Origin: an uncultured Actinomycetes bacterium
GTDB taxonomy: Bacteria > Actinomycetota > Thermoleophilia > Gaiellales > Gaiellaceae
Reading direction: 5' to 3'
DNA: 64,000 bases
Assembly: GCA_963775505.1 (NCBI GenBank)
Contig: CAVZIL010000009.1
Span: 43,987 to 107,986 of the forward strand
The notes under the pieces are model-generated. The model had not been told where the DNA came from and searched no databases. It saw nothing but the letters and a program-made list of their open reading frames with translations. Below, piece by piece: positions 52,892 to 61,807 of this stretch. The position numbers and the translations under genes were made by a program. Each line of letters opens with the position of its first letter. Position 1 is the stretch's first letter.

Positions 52892-54198
52892 TGCTGGAGC
52901 CCGAGGTCGAGACCCTGCCGTGGGCCAAGCAGCTCGCCGCGGACGACGTCAGCTACCGCGCCCAGCTTGCCCACCTGTTCGAGCGCTCGGCCTTCTATCG
53001 CGACAAGCTGGCGGCTGCGGGCTTCGGCTCCGCGCCGTCGGCGGGCGGCCTGGCGGACATCGGACAACTGCCCCTGACCGAGAAGGCGGAGCTCAAGGAG
53101 ACGCACACGTCCGAGAACCCCTTCGGCACGCACCTCTGCGTGCAGCCGTCCGAGATCGTCCGCATCTACTCGACGAGCGGCACCACGGGCACGCCGAGCT
53201 ACATCCCGCTCACGGCGAGCGATCTCGAGAACTGGGTGACGGGCTCGGCGCGGAGCTACGCGGCCTCGGGCGTGGCCGCCGGCCACCGCATCGTCTCGAC
53301 GTACAACGCCGGGCCCTTCGTCGCCGGTGCGGCGCTGGCCGCGTTCGACCGCATTGGTCTCTGCCACATTCCCGTCGGCACCGGGAACACGGAGCGGCTG
53401 GTGCGGGCGATCGAGGTCCTCCAGCCTGAGGCGGTCGTGCTCACGCCCTCCTACGCTGCCCACCTCGTGGAGTGGGCTTCGGACCGCGGTGTCGACCTCC
53501 GCAGCTCGAGCGTCGAGCGGGTTCTCGTGGCCGGGGAGCCCGGCGGCGGCGAGCCGGCCTTCCGCGCGAAGCTCGAGGAGGGCTGGGACGCACGGGTCAC
53601 GGAGGCGATGGGGATCGGAGACATCGGCGTCTCGCTCTGGGGGGAGTGCGAGGAGCAGGACGGCATGCACCTCGGCGCCCGCGGCTTCGTCCATCCGGAG
53701 CTGATCGAGCCCGAATCCGGCGAGGCGCTCCCGCTGGAGGACGGCGCGACGGGCGAGCTCGTGCTGACGCACCTCCGCCATCGTGCGGCACCGCTCCTGC
53801 GCTTCCGCACGCGCGACCACGTGGAGGTGCGGGCGAGCCCCTGCGCCTGCGGTCGCACGGGCCCCCGCGTTCGCTGCGTCGGGCGCACCGACGACATGCT
53901 CATCCTCAGGGGCGTCAACGTGTTCCCGTCGGCGATTCGCGCGGTCGTGAGCGCGTTCGGGCCCGAGGTCAGCGGCCATGTCCTCGTCAGGCCCCGAACG
54001 GCGGGCGTCAAGCAGGAGCCGCCGCTCCCGGTCGCCGTGGAGCTCGCGCGGGGAGAGGCGGGCGATCCGTTGCTCGCGCAAGCAATCTGTGACAGGATCC
54101 GCGACGTGCTCGTGGTCCAGACGCGCGTGGAGCTCGTGCCCTGGGGTGCCTTGCGGCGGAGCGAGTACAAGTCGACGCTGGTCGACCGGTCGCCATGA
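52888..54198 (+). CDS. Phenylacetate-CoA ligase-family adenylating enzyme (PaaK-like)
   Basis: LPLTEKAELKE and the YSTSGTTGTPSY AMP-binding motif. The start overlaps the upstream stop. Confidence 0.8.
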   Translation: MMLEPEVETLPWAKQLAADDVSYRAQLAHLFERSAFYRDKLAAAGFGSAPSAGGLADIGQLPLTEKAELKETHTSENPFGTHLCVQPSEIVRIYSTSGTTGTPSYIPLTASDLENWVTGSARSYAASGVAAGHRIVSTYNAGPFVAGAALAAFDRIGLCHIPVGTGNTERLVRAIEVLQPEAVVLTPSYAAHLVEWASDRGVDLRSSSVERVLVAGEPGGGEPAFRAKLEEGWDARVTEAMGIGDIGVSLWGECEEQDGMHLGARGFVHPELIEPESGEALPLEDGATGELVLTHLRHRAAPLLRFRTRDHVEVRASPCACGRTGPRVRCVGRTDDMLILRGVNVFPSAIRAVVSAFGPEVSGHVLVRPRTAGVKQEPPLPVAVELARGEAGDPLLAQAICDRIRDVLVVQTRVELVPWGALRRSEYKSTLVDRSP

Positions 54199-54779
54199 GG
54201 AAGATCCAGACCCAGGGGGTCCACCACATCACGATCAACGGCGCCGACCGGCGGACCGCGATCGACTTCTGGGAGGGCGTTCTCGGCATGCCCTTCATGT
54301 TCGAGCAGCCCAACCTCGACAACGAGGCCGAGAGCCACCTCTACTTCGACCCCGGCGACGGGCGCCTCATAACCGTCTTCACGAACGAGGAGCGCGCGGC
54401 CGACCCGAACCCGACGCCACGCGAGCCCGGCTTCGTGCACCACCTCGCGTTCGCGCTCTCGCAGGCGACGTTCAGGCAGGTGGTCGACCGCCTGGACGAG
54501 CGGGGGATCAAGCATTCCGGCGTCAAGGATCGCGGCTTCATGGACTCGGTCTACTTCGAGGACCCGCTGGGGCTGTTGATCGAGCTGGCGTCATATCGCT
54601 TCGAGCCGCCGTATCCACACACCCACGCCGAGGTCCTGCTCGAGGCTCACAAGCTGCGAGTCGAGCAGGGCGACTACAACATCGCCGAGGCGCATCTCGC
54701 GGACGCGATCGAAGAGCTCGTCCGGCGCTCCCGGGAGTCGCTCTCCGACGATCGGGCGCCGAAGAACCCGTACCGCTAG
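54195..54779 (+). CDS. VOC-family (glyoxalase/dioxygenase fold) protein
   Basis: GVHHITINGADRRTAIDFWEGVLGMP, HHLAF and YFEDPLGLLIEL. ATGA overlap with the CoA ligase gene. Confidence 0.8.
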   Translation: MRKIQTQGVHHITINGADRRTAIDFWEGVLGMPFMFEQPNLDNEAESHLYFDPGDGRLITVFTNEERAADPNPTPREPGFVHHLAFALSQATFRQVVDRLDERGIKHSGVKDRGFMDSVYFEDPLGLLIELASYRFEPPYPHTHAEVLLEAHKLRVEQGDYNIAEAHLADAIEELVRRSRESLSDDRAPKNPYR

Positions 54780-54793
54780 GAAAGGAGGGCCAC

Positions 54794-55477
54794 GTGGCCG
54801 CCAACACTCTCAGCATCCTCAAGCCGAGCGTCAACAACCTCACCGTGCGGATCTTCGTCCGCGCCGCCGACCTCGACTACGACGAGCTCGACGTCTGGGG
54901 CAAGAAGTCGACGCCGGAGTTCCTCGCCAAGGACCCCGCCGACCTGACGCCGCTCCTCGAGGAGGAGGGCCTCCCGAAGGGCGCGCTCTGGGAGAGCTGC
55001 GCGATCATGCAGTACCTCTGCAACAAGCACGACCTCGACCAGTTCTACCCGCGAGATCCGGGCGAGCGCGCCATGGTCGACAGCGCGATGTTCTACCTGA
55101 TCGGGACCCTCTACCCGCTGATCGCGCGGGCGACCTACCCGGCCCTCGGGTTTGGGCAGTACGCGGGCGAGGTCGCGACGGCCGACGTTTCGGACGAGCT
55201 CAAGGAGCAGGCGCGCACGGACGCGGAGGCGGCGCTCGAGAAGCCGCTCGAGGTCTACAACACCTTCTTTCTCGCCGGGAAGCCTTTCATCGGAGGCGAC
55301 CGGCCGTCGATCGCGGACATGCGCTTCGCCGCCACGCTCGAGTTCCTGCGCGCGATCGACTACGGGTTCCCGGCATGGGCGGAGGAGTACCTCACCCGGA
55401 TGGAGGAGGCGCTGGGCGAGGCCTACACGGAGCCGGCCGCGGACGTGCGCGGCTACGTCGAGTCCGTGAAGTCGTAA
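54794..55477 (+). CDS. Glutathione S-transferase-family protein
   Basis: GTG 54794 lies behind AAGGAGGG. It has an N-terminal thioredoxin-like part (ESCAIMQYLC) and a C-terminal GST helix bundle (SIADMRFAATL). Confidence 0.75.
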   Translation: MAANTLSILKPSVNNLTVRIFVRAADLDYDELDVWGKKSTPEFLAKDPADLTPLLEEEGLPKGALWESCAIMQYLCNKHDLDQFYPRDPGERAMVDSAMFYLIGTLYPLIARATYPALGFGQYAGEVATADVSDELKEQARTDAEAALEKPLEVYNTFFLAGKPFIGGDRPSIADMRFAATLEFLRAIDYGFPAWAEEYLTRMEEALGEAYTEPAADVRGYVESVKS

Positions 55478-55565
55478 AGCGGTGAGAGCGACGGGCCGCA
55501 GGTCCGATGAGTTTGCGGCCCGCCGACGGTCATCAGCGTGAGGAGACCCACGCGAAGGAGCCCAA

Positions 55566-56108
55566 ATGAGAAAACTCGTCGAGTCGACGTTCATGACCCT
55601 GGACGGAGTGATCGAGTCTCCCCAGGAGTGGAGCCCGCCGTACTGGGACGAGGAGCATGCCGCCTACGCCCGCAAGCTGCTCTTCGCGGCCGACGCGCTC
55701 CTGCTCGGCCGCGCGACGTACGAGAGCTTCGCGCAGGCCTGGCCTGCGAGGAGCGGCGATGAGTACACCGACCGCATCAACGCCATGCCCAAGTACGTCG
55801 CGTCGCGCACGCTGCAGGAGGCGACCTGGAACGCGACGGTCATCCAGGGAGACGTCGCGGATGAGGTCGAGCGGCTCAAGCGGGAGCCCGGCGAGGACAT
55901 CCTCAAGTTCGGGACGGGCGAGCTCGACCGGCCGCTTCTGGCGAACGGCCTGATCGACGAGCTGCACGTCTGGGTCTTCCCGGTGCTCGTCGGGAAGGGT
56001 CAGGGGCTGATCGACGGGATCGAGACCACGCACCTGAACCTCGTCGAGACAACGAGGTTCGCGAGCGGCATCGTCGTGCTCACCTACGCTCCGAAAGAGC
56101 CCGAATGA
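55566..56108 (+). CDS. Dihydrofolate reductase-family (RibD C-terminal domain) protein
   Basis: TLDGVIE, LLGRATYESF, KYVASRTL and DELHVWVFPVLVGKG. Confidence 0.8.
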   Translation: MRKLVESTFMTLDGVIESPQEWSPPYWDEEHAAYARKLLFAADALLLGRATYESFAQAWPARSGDEYTDRINAMPKYVASRTLQEATWNATVIQGDVADEVERLKREPGEDILKFGTGELDRPLLANGLIDELHVWVFPVLVGKGQGLIDGIETTHLNLVETTRFASGIVVLTYAPKEPE

Positions 56109-57490
56109 CCCGGCGAGACGGGGTCGCGGCGCAGGTCGACGTGTCCCTCGCGGAGCTGCGAGGCTCGGTCGCGGGAGATGTCATCGGCGCCGAGGATCCC
56201 GGGTACGACGCCGCTCGGCTCTGCTTCAACGCCATGGTCGATCGTCGGCCGGCGGTCATCGTGCGATGCCTCGGAGCGGCCGATGTCGCCACGGCCTTCG
56301 ATTTCGCTCGTGCCAACGACCTCGAGGTCGCCGTGCGCGGCGGCGGCCACAACCCGGCCGGTCACTGCGTTCTCGACGGCGGGCTCGTGATCGACCTCTC
56401 GCAGCTCAACGGGGTGGTGGTGAAGCGCGAGGCGCGCATTGCGTCTGCCGGGGGCGGCTCGACCTGGCTCGATTTCGACGCGGCGACCCAGGCCCTCGGC
56501 CTCGTTACCCCGGGAGGCGTGGTCGGTTCCACCGGCGTCTGCGGGCTCACGCTCGGCGGCGGAATCGGCCACCTGACGGCGCAGCACGGGCTGACGTGCG
56601 ACAACCTCGTCGGCGCCGAGCTCGTCACGCCCGCGGGAGCGGTGATCGACGTGGAGCCCGACAGCGAGCCCGAGCTGCTCTGGGGCCTTCGCGGGGGAGG
56701 CGGCAACTTCGGGGTGGCGACCCGGCTGAAGTTTCGTCTTCATCCGCTCGACAGCGTCGTCGGCGGCCTGCTCACGTTCGCCGGAGGCGGCGTACGGGAC
56801 GCGCTCCGCCGCTTCAGCGATGTCGTCGCCGGGTCACCACGCGAGCTGAGCTGCCAGGCGGTCCTCTCGACCGACGAGGAGCTGACGCCGATCCTCGTCG
56901 TCGCGCCGTGCTACACGGGCCCGGCCGCGGAGCCGGAGGAGCTCCTCGCCCTGCGCGCGGGACCGGGCCTCGTCGAGGACACCGTCGGTGCACACTCGTT
57001 CCTCGAGCAGCAGCGGGTCTTCGACTCGCCGTACGGGGAGAACAGGCATTACTGGAAGGGCCACTTCGTGCGGGAGCTTCCCGACGAGCTGATCGACGAG
57101 CTCCTCCAGCGCGTCGTCGCGCTCGGACGCCCGCCGGGCGGGATCCTGATCGAGTCGCTGCACGGCGCGCCGAAGGGGCCCGAGGCCCCGGCCGGAGCGC
57201 TCGGCTTCCGCGGCGCCGCCTTCAACGTGAGCGCCACGGCGACATGGCAGGACGCCGCCAACGACAACCAGCACATCGCATGGGCGCGAGAGACCGCGAA
57301 GGCCCTCGAGCCCTGGTCGATCGGCGGCGGGTACGTCAACTACATGCAGGCGGACGAGCCGATCGAGCGCGTCGAGGCCGCGTTCGGCGCCGAGTCGTTC
57401 CGGCGCCTGCAGGGACTCAAGCGGCGCTGTGACCCGGAGAACGTCCTCCACCGCAACCAGAACATCCCGCCGGACGACGCGCCGCGGTAG
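56105..57490 (+). CDS. FAD-linked oxidase (FAD_binding_4 plus BBE-like C-terminus)
   Basis: VAVRGGGHNPAGH, GGGIGHLT, LWGLRGGGGNFGV and C-terminal DPENVLHRNQNIPP. ATGA overlap with the upstream gene. Confidence 0.8.
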   Translation: MTRRDGVAAQVDVSLAELRGSVAGDVIGAEDPGYDAARLCFNAMVDRRPAVIVRCLGAADVATAFDFARANDLEVAVRGGGHNPAGHCVLDGGLVIDLSQLNGVVVKREARIASAGGGSTWLDFDAATQALGLVTPGGVVGSTGVCGLTLGGGIGHLTAQHGLTCDNLVGAELVTPAGAVIDVEPDSEPELLWGLRGGGGNFGVATRLKFRLHPLDSVVGGLLTFAGGGVRDALRRFSDVVAGSPRELSCQAVLSTDEELTPILVVAPCYTGPAAEPEELLALRAGPGLVEDTVGAHSFLEQQRVFDSPYGENRHYWKGHFVRELPDELIDELLQRVVALGRPPGGILIESLHGAPKGPEAPAGALGFRGAAFNVSATATWQDAANDNQHIAWARETAKALEPWSIGGGYVNYMQADEPIERVEAAFGAESFRRLQGLKRRCDPENVLHRNQNIPPDDAPR

Positions 57491-57498
57491 GTCTCACG

Positions 57499-58665
57499 TC
57501 AACCCTGGAGCTCCGCCAGCCGCCGCTCGAGGAAGCGCCTCTCCGCGTCCGAGTGGACGAGCTCGAGCGCGCGGTCGTAGGCGGCGCGGGCCTCCTCGAG
57601 GCGCTCCAAGCGTCGGAGCAGCTCGGCGCGCGTCGCGTGCAGGTAGTGGTAGCGGTCGAGCTCCAGGCTCTCGACGAGGACGAGCGCGCCCTCGACGTCG
57701 CCCGCCTCGGCCACGGCGACCGCTTGGTTCAGCTCGACCACCGGTGAGCCGGTGAGGCGGGCGAGCTCGCCGTACAGGGCTGCTAGTTGCGGCCAGTCCT
57801 GAGGCTCGTCGAGGTGGAGGCTCGCGATCGCTGCCTGGAGCACGTAGGGACCGCGGCCGCCGAGCGCCAGCGCGCGTTCGAGCGCGACGCGGCCTTCGGC
57901 GATCTCGTCGACATCCCAGAGCGAGCGGTCCTGATCCTCGAGGAGGACGATCGCGTCGTTGGCGAAGCGGGCCTCGCGCCGGGCGTCGTTCAGGAGCATG
58001 AGCGCCAGCAGCCCGTGGGCCTCGGGCTCGTCGGGCATCAGCCCGGCGAGCGCCCGGCCGAGCCGGATCGCCTCGCCCGCGAGCTCTCCGCGGCCGCCGT
58101 AGCCCTCGTTGAAGATCAGGTAGACGACCGCGAGCACCGCGGCCAGCCGGTCGGGCAGCAGGTGTGGCGGGGGGACGCGAAACGGAATCCCGGCGGCCTT
58201 GATCTTCTGCTTTGCGCGGACGAGCCGCTTGGCCATCGTCGCCTCGGGAACGAGGAAGGCGCGGGCGATCTCGTCCGTCTCCAGCCCGCCGAGCGTCCTC
58301 AGCGTGAGCGCCACCTGGGCGTCGAGCGCGAGCGCGGGATGGCAGCAGGTGAAGAGGAGTTCGAGCCGCTCGTCGGGGATCGTCGTGTCGTCCACGTCGT
58401 CCTCCCTGGCCTCCGGCACCTCGAGCAGGTGGGTCTTGGCGGCGAGCGTGCGGTCGCGGCGGATCCGGTCGATCGCCCGGTTGCGCGCCGTCGTCACCAG
58501 CCAGGCGCGCGGGCTGGCGGGGGTGCCCTCGGCAGGCCAGCGCGCGGCCGCGATGGCGAACGCCTCCTGGGCGGCTTCCTCGGCGAGGTCGAAGTCGCCG
58601 AGGAAGCCGATCAGGGCTGCGAGGACGCGCCCCCACTCGTCGCGGAAGGCCTGCTCGAGCGTCAC
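57499..58665 (-). CDS. ECF sigma factor with C-terminal TPR-like extension (ECF42-type)
   Basis: Sigma-2 region ([16 protein letters not shown]) and sigma-4 region ([31 protein letters not shown]), followed by a roughly 200-aa extension. The GTG start overlaps the DGPF gene stop (GTGA). Confidence 0.8.
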   Translation of the reverse strand: MTLEQAFRDEWGRVLAALIGFLGDFDLAEEAAQEAFAIAAARWPAEGTPASPRAWLVTTARNRAIDRIRRDRTLAAKTHLLEVPEAREDDVDDTTIPDERLELLFTCCHPALALDAQVALTLRTLGGLETDEIARAFLVPEATMAKRLVRAKQKIKAAGIPFRVPPPHLLPDRLAAVLAVVYLIFNEGYGGRGELAGEAIRLGRALAGLMPDEPEAHGLLALMLLNDARREARFANDAIVLLEDQDRSLWDVDEIAEGRVALERALALGGRGPYVLQAAIASLHLDEPQDWPQLAALYGELARLTGSPVVELNQAVAVAEAGDVEGALVLVESLELDRYHYLHATRAELLRRLERLEEARAAYDRALELVHSDAERRFLERRLAELQG

Positions 58666-59021
58666 CGTTCCACGATCGGGCGAACCTCGACCGCGCCGCC
58701 CATGCGGGCAGCGGGCACGCGGCCCGCGAGCTCGATCGCGGCGTCGAGGTCGTCGGCCTCGAAGAAGAAGTAGCCGCCCAGCGCCTCCTTGACGGCGACG
58801 AAGGGCCCGTCCGTGGTCAGCGTCTTGCCGTCCTGCACCCTCACCGTCGTCGCGGTCTGCGGCGGCTGCATCTGCGCGCCCGGGCTCACGCCGGGCGTCT
58901 CGTTGATCGCCTGGTACGCGGCGTAGACGGCGCCCTGCTCCTCCTCGGACAGGCGGGCCCACTCGTCCGGCGTGTACGGCGTCGGGGCGTCTCCCTGGTG
59001 GATCAAGAGCATGTACTTCAT
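58662..59021 (-). CDS. YCII-related / DGPF-domain protein
   Basis: [10 protein letters not shown] ... [41 protein letters not shown] lies upstream of the ATG. Confidence 0.8.
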   Translation of the reverse strand: MKYMLLIHQGDAPTPYTPDEWARLSEEEQGAVYAAYQAINETPGVSPGAQMQPPQTATTVRVQDGKTLTTDGPFVAVKEALGGYFFFEADDLDAAIELAGRVPAARMGGAVEVRPIVER

Positions 59022-59089
59022 CGCTTCCTCCTTCGGGATGGTCGCCTCAAAGACGAACGGCCGGCGAGCCAAAGGACAGCTGAAGCACG

Positions 59090-59662
59090 CTACCTCTCGC
59101 GGCGCCGGGCCAGGACGATCCCCGTGCGCCAGCCCGGGGCGCGTCCGCCGGGCGGAGGCGCGATCGTCTCGACGTCGAGGCCGCTGCCCGCGATCAGCCA
59201 GGAGATCAGCGAGTTCGAGTTCCACATCTCGCCGGCGCGCAGCTCGTCGCGGCCCCAGACGGGAGTGGGCACCTGCGGCACGAGCGCGAGCAGTCGCCGC
59301 GCGCGGCCGGGATCGTCGCTGAGGCGGCGGGGGCTGTCCACCGCCTCGTCGACGTCCGGGATCACGCCGTTTTGCCAGCGGCGCACCTCGTACCGGAAGA
59401 TCCTGAGCCGGCGCGCCGCCCGGGCGCCGACCGGCCCCTCGGCGACGACCCCCCGCGCGGCGGCGGCGCCACGTGGGACCGGCGCCATCTCGATCACGAA
59501 CCGCCCTTCGGGCACGCCGACCTCGAGCGCCGAGTGGTAGAGGTCGCGGCGATCTCGCCGCTCCAGCCGCGCCGCGACCGCCTCGAAGATCCTCCCGTTG
59601 AGGCGAACCGAATGGCCGCCGGCGCCGAGCGGCAGCCAGAAGAGGTCGATGCTAGAAGTCAC
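59090..59662 (-). CDS. Conserved hypothetical protein
   Basis: GTG start with product MTSSIDLFWLPLGAGGHSVRLNGRIFEA... and coding-like composition. Function unknown. Confidence 0.5.
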   Translation of the reverse strand: MTSSIDLFWLPLGAGGHSVRLNGRIFEAVAARLERRDRRDLYHSALEVGVPEGRFVIEMAPVPRGAAAARGVVAEGPVGARAARRLRIFRYEVRRWQNGVIPDVDEAVDSPRRLSDDPGRARRLLALVPQVPTPVWGRDELRAGEMWNSNSLISWLIAGSGLDVETIAPPPGGRAPGWRTGIVLARRRER

Positions 59663-60138
59663 GCATCACCAGAGAGGAATCGTTTCCGATCCGGCTCGCG
59701 AGCGCAGCCGACGCGCCGGCCTTCGCAGGCCTGCTGCACGCGTTCAACGTCGAGTTCGACGAGCCGACGCCGGACGCGGACGTGATCGCCGGGTGGGCCG
59801 CGCCGCTGCTCGAGCGCGGGGAGGTCACCGTGCTCTTCGTCGGTGAAGGACCGGACGGCTTCGCCCAGCTTCGCTTCCGCCCGTCGCTCTACACGGGTGC
59901 CCTCGACGCCCACCTCGAGGAGCTCTACGTCGTCCCCGAGCGGCGGGGACGGGGGCTCGGGCGGGCTCTCCTCGAGGCGGCGATGGCCCATGCGAGGGAA
60001 CGCGGTGCCGCCCACATCGACCTCGGCACGAGCGAGGACGACGTCGCCGCGCGAGCCCTCTACGAGAGCGCCGGGTTCACGAACCACGAGGGCAGGCCGG
60101 ACGGGCCGCGGATGCTGTACTACGAGCGCGACCTGTAG
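59649..60138 (+). CDS. GNAT-family N-acetyltransferase (5' end unresolved, possible frame disruption)
   Basis: GNAT motif A is LYVVPERRGRGLGRALLEAAMAHARERG. The conserved N-terminal strand (IRLASAADAPAF) lies upstream of the first canonical start (GTG 59782) with no in-frame ATG/GTG/TTG. ATG 59649 is in another frame that meets it at about 59686-59690. Confidence 0.6.
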
Positions 60139-60149
60139 GCCGCCTCGCG

Positions 60150-61139
60150 CTACACGGCGATGACGACCTTCCCTCTGGCATGGTGTGCCAGCATGTGGGC
60201 GACCGCCTGCCCGGCATCGCCGAGCGGGTAGACCTTGTCGATGACGATCCTGACGTCGCCGGACTCGAGGAGTGTTGCGAGGGCTTCCAGGTTCTCGCGG
60301 TTCACGACGCAGGTGACGAACCGCACGCTGGTCGAGCCCTTCCCCATCAAGGCCGCCCGCGCCATCCTCGGCAGTCCCGCGAACATGCCTCCCGTGTTCC
60401 CCACGCTGTTCGGAATGAACGTTCCGGTGGGCGTCAGCACGCGGGCCGTCGCCGACGGACGGTGGTTCAGCACGTTGTCGAGGACGACGTCGTAACGCCG
60501 CTCATCGCGGGTGAAGTCCTCCTTCGTGTAGTCGATGACGTGATCCGCGCCCAGGGACCTGAGCAAGTCGAGGTTCCTGGTGCTGGACACGCCGGTGACC
60601 TCGGCACCGAGCGCCTTGGCGATCTGCACGGCGAACGTCCCGACGCCCCCCGACGCGCCGTTGATCAGAACTCGGGTTCCTGGTCCGAGGCTGCCCACGT
60701 CGCGCATGGCGATCAGCGCGGTGAGGCCCGACATGACCGATGCTGCGGCGTGCTCGAAGGTGAGCCCGGCGGGCTTCATGATCAGCTGAGGCGCGGGAGC
60801 GACCGCGAGCTCCGCAAACGTGCCCGGCGTCGCGAGGGCATCGGCCCACGACGACCCGAACACCTCGTCACCGGGCTGGAGGTCGGCCACGTTCCTGCCC
60901 ACGGCCTCCACGACCCCGGCAACGTCGGTTCCCCGTACAGGCGTCCGCGGTCGCCGGAGCCCTGATCGCAGACGGAGGATGTACGGGACTCCGGTCACCG
61001 TGATCCAGTCCGGTGTGTTCACGCTGGTCGCCCGCACCCGGATCAGGACGTCGTCGTCGCCGACCGGCGGTGGGTCTCGCTCTGCCAGCCGGAGTACCCG
61101 CTCGGGCGCTCCGTACCGTTCCTGGACGATGGCCTTCAC
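60150..61139 (-). CDS. MDR-family NAD(P)H quinone oxidoreductase / zinc-type alcohol dehydrogenase-like protein
   Basis: VLIRVRATSVNTPD, GTDVAGVVEAVG and INGASGGVGTFAVQIAK. Confidence 0.85.
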   Translation of the reverse strand: MKAIVQERYGAPERVLRLAERDPPPVGDDDVLIRVRATSVNTPDWITVTGVPYILRLRSGLRRPRTPVRGTDVAGVVEAVGRNVADLQPGDEVFGSSWADALATPGTFAELAVAPAPQLIMKPAGLTFEHAAASVMSGLTALIAMRDVGSLGPGTRVLINGASGGVGTFAVQIAKALGAEVTGVSSTRNLDLLRSLGADHVIDYTKEDFTRDERRYDVVLDNVLNHRPSATARVLTPTGTFIPNSVGNTGGMFAGLPRMARAALMGKGSTSVRFVTCVVNRENLEALATLLESGDVRIVIDKVYPLGDAGQAVAHMLAHHARGKVVIAV

Positions 61140-61807
61140 GGCGCGTCAGGCCGTCGCGAGTCCTCCTCGAAGAGGCCGGTCTGGTACGCGAGCACGACGG
61201 CTTGCACGCGGTCGCGGAGATTGAGCTTCTGAAGGATGTGGGTGACGTGTGTCTTGACGGTCGTCTCGCTGATGTAGAGCTCTTGTGCGATCTCCCCGTT
61301 CGAAAGGCCGCCGGCGATCAGGCGAAAGACCTCTCGTTCGCGCTCACTCAGGTCGTCGAGCTCCTTCGGAGGGGCGGGCCGGGGCATGCGGGCGAACCTC
61401 TGGATCACCCGCTTGGTGATCGTGGGTGAGAGAAGCGCGTCGCCGGCGGCGACAGTGCGGATCGCGCCGATCAGCTGTTCGGGAGAGTCGTCTTTGAGGA
61501 CGAAGCCGCTCGCTCCTACTCGCAGCGCCTCATAGACGTACTCATCGAGGTCAAAGGTCGTGAGGATCAGGATCCGAGCATCCCGGTCCTTGGCGAGGAT
61601 GCGTCGAGTCGCCTCGAGCCCGTCGAGCTCGGGCATGCGGATATCCATCAGGATGACGGCGGGATCGAAGCGGGCGGCCTTGTCTACGGCCTCGAGCCCG
61701 TTGCTCGCCTCCGCTACCACTTCGACGTCCTCCTCACCGGCGAGCAGCATGCGAAAGCCGGCGCGGACCATCGACTGGTCGTCGGCCACGAGCACACGGA
61801 TCGTCAT
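61136..61807 (-). CDS. NarL/LuxR-family response regulator
   Basis: Receiver domain (VLVADDQ, ILMDIRMPELDG) and HTH (LSEREREVFRLIAGGLSNGEIAQELYISETTVKTHV). ATGA overlap with the kinase stop. Confidence 0.9.
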   Translation of the reverse strand: MTIRVLVADDQSMVRAGFRMLLAGEEDVEVVAEASNGLEAVDKAARFDPAVILMDIRMPELDGLEATRRILAKDRDARILILTTFDLDEYVYEALRVGASGFVLKDDSPEQLIGAIRTVAAGDALLSPTITKRVIQRFARMPRPAPPKELDDLSEREREVFRLIAGGLSNGEIAQELYISETTVKTHVTHILQKLNLRDRVQAVVLAYQTGLFEEDSRRPDAP

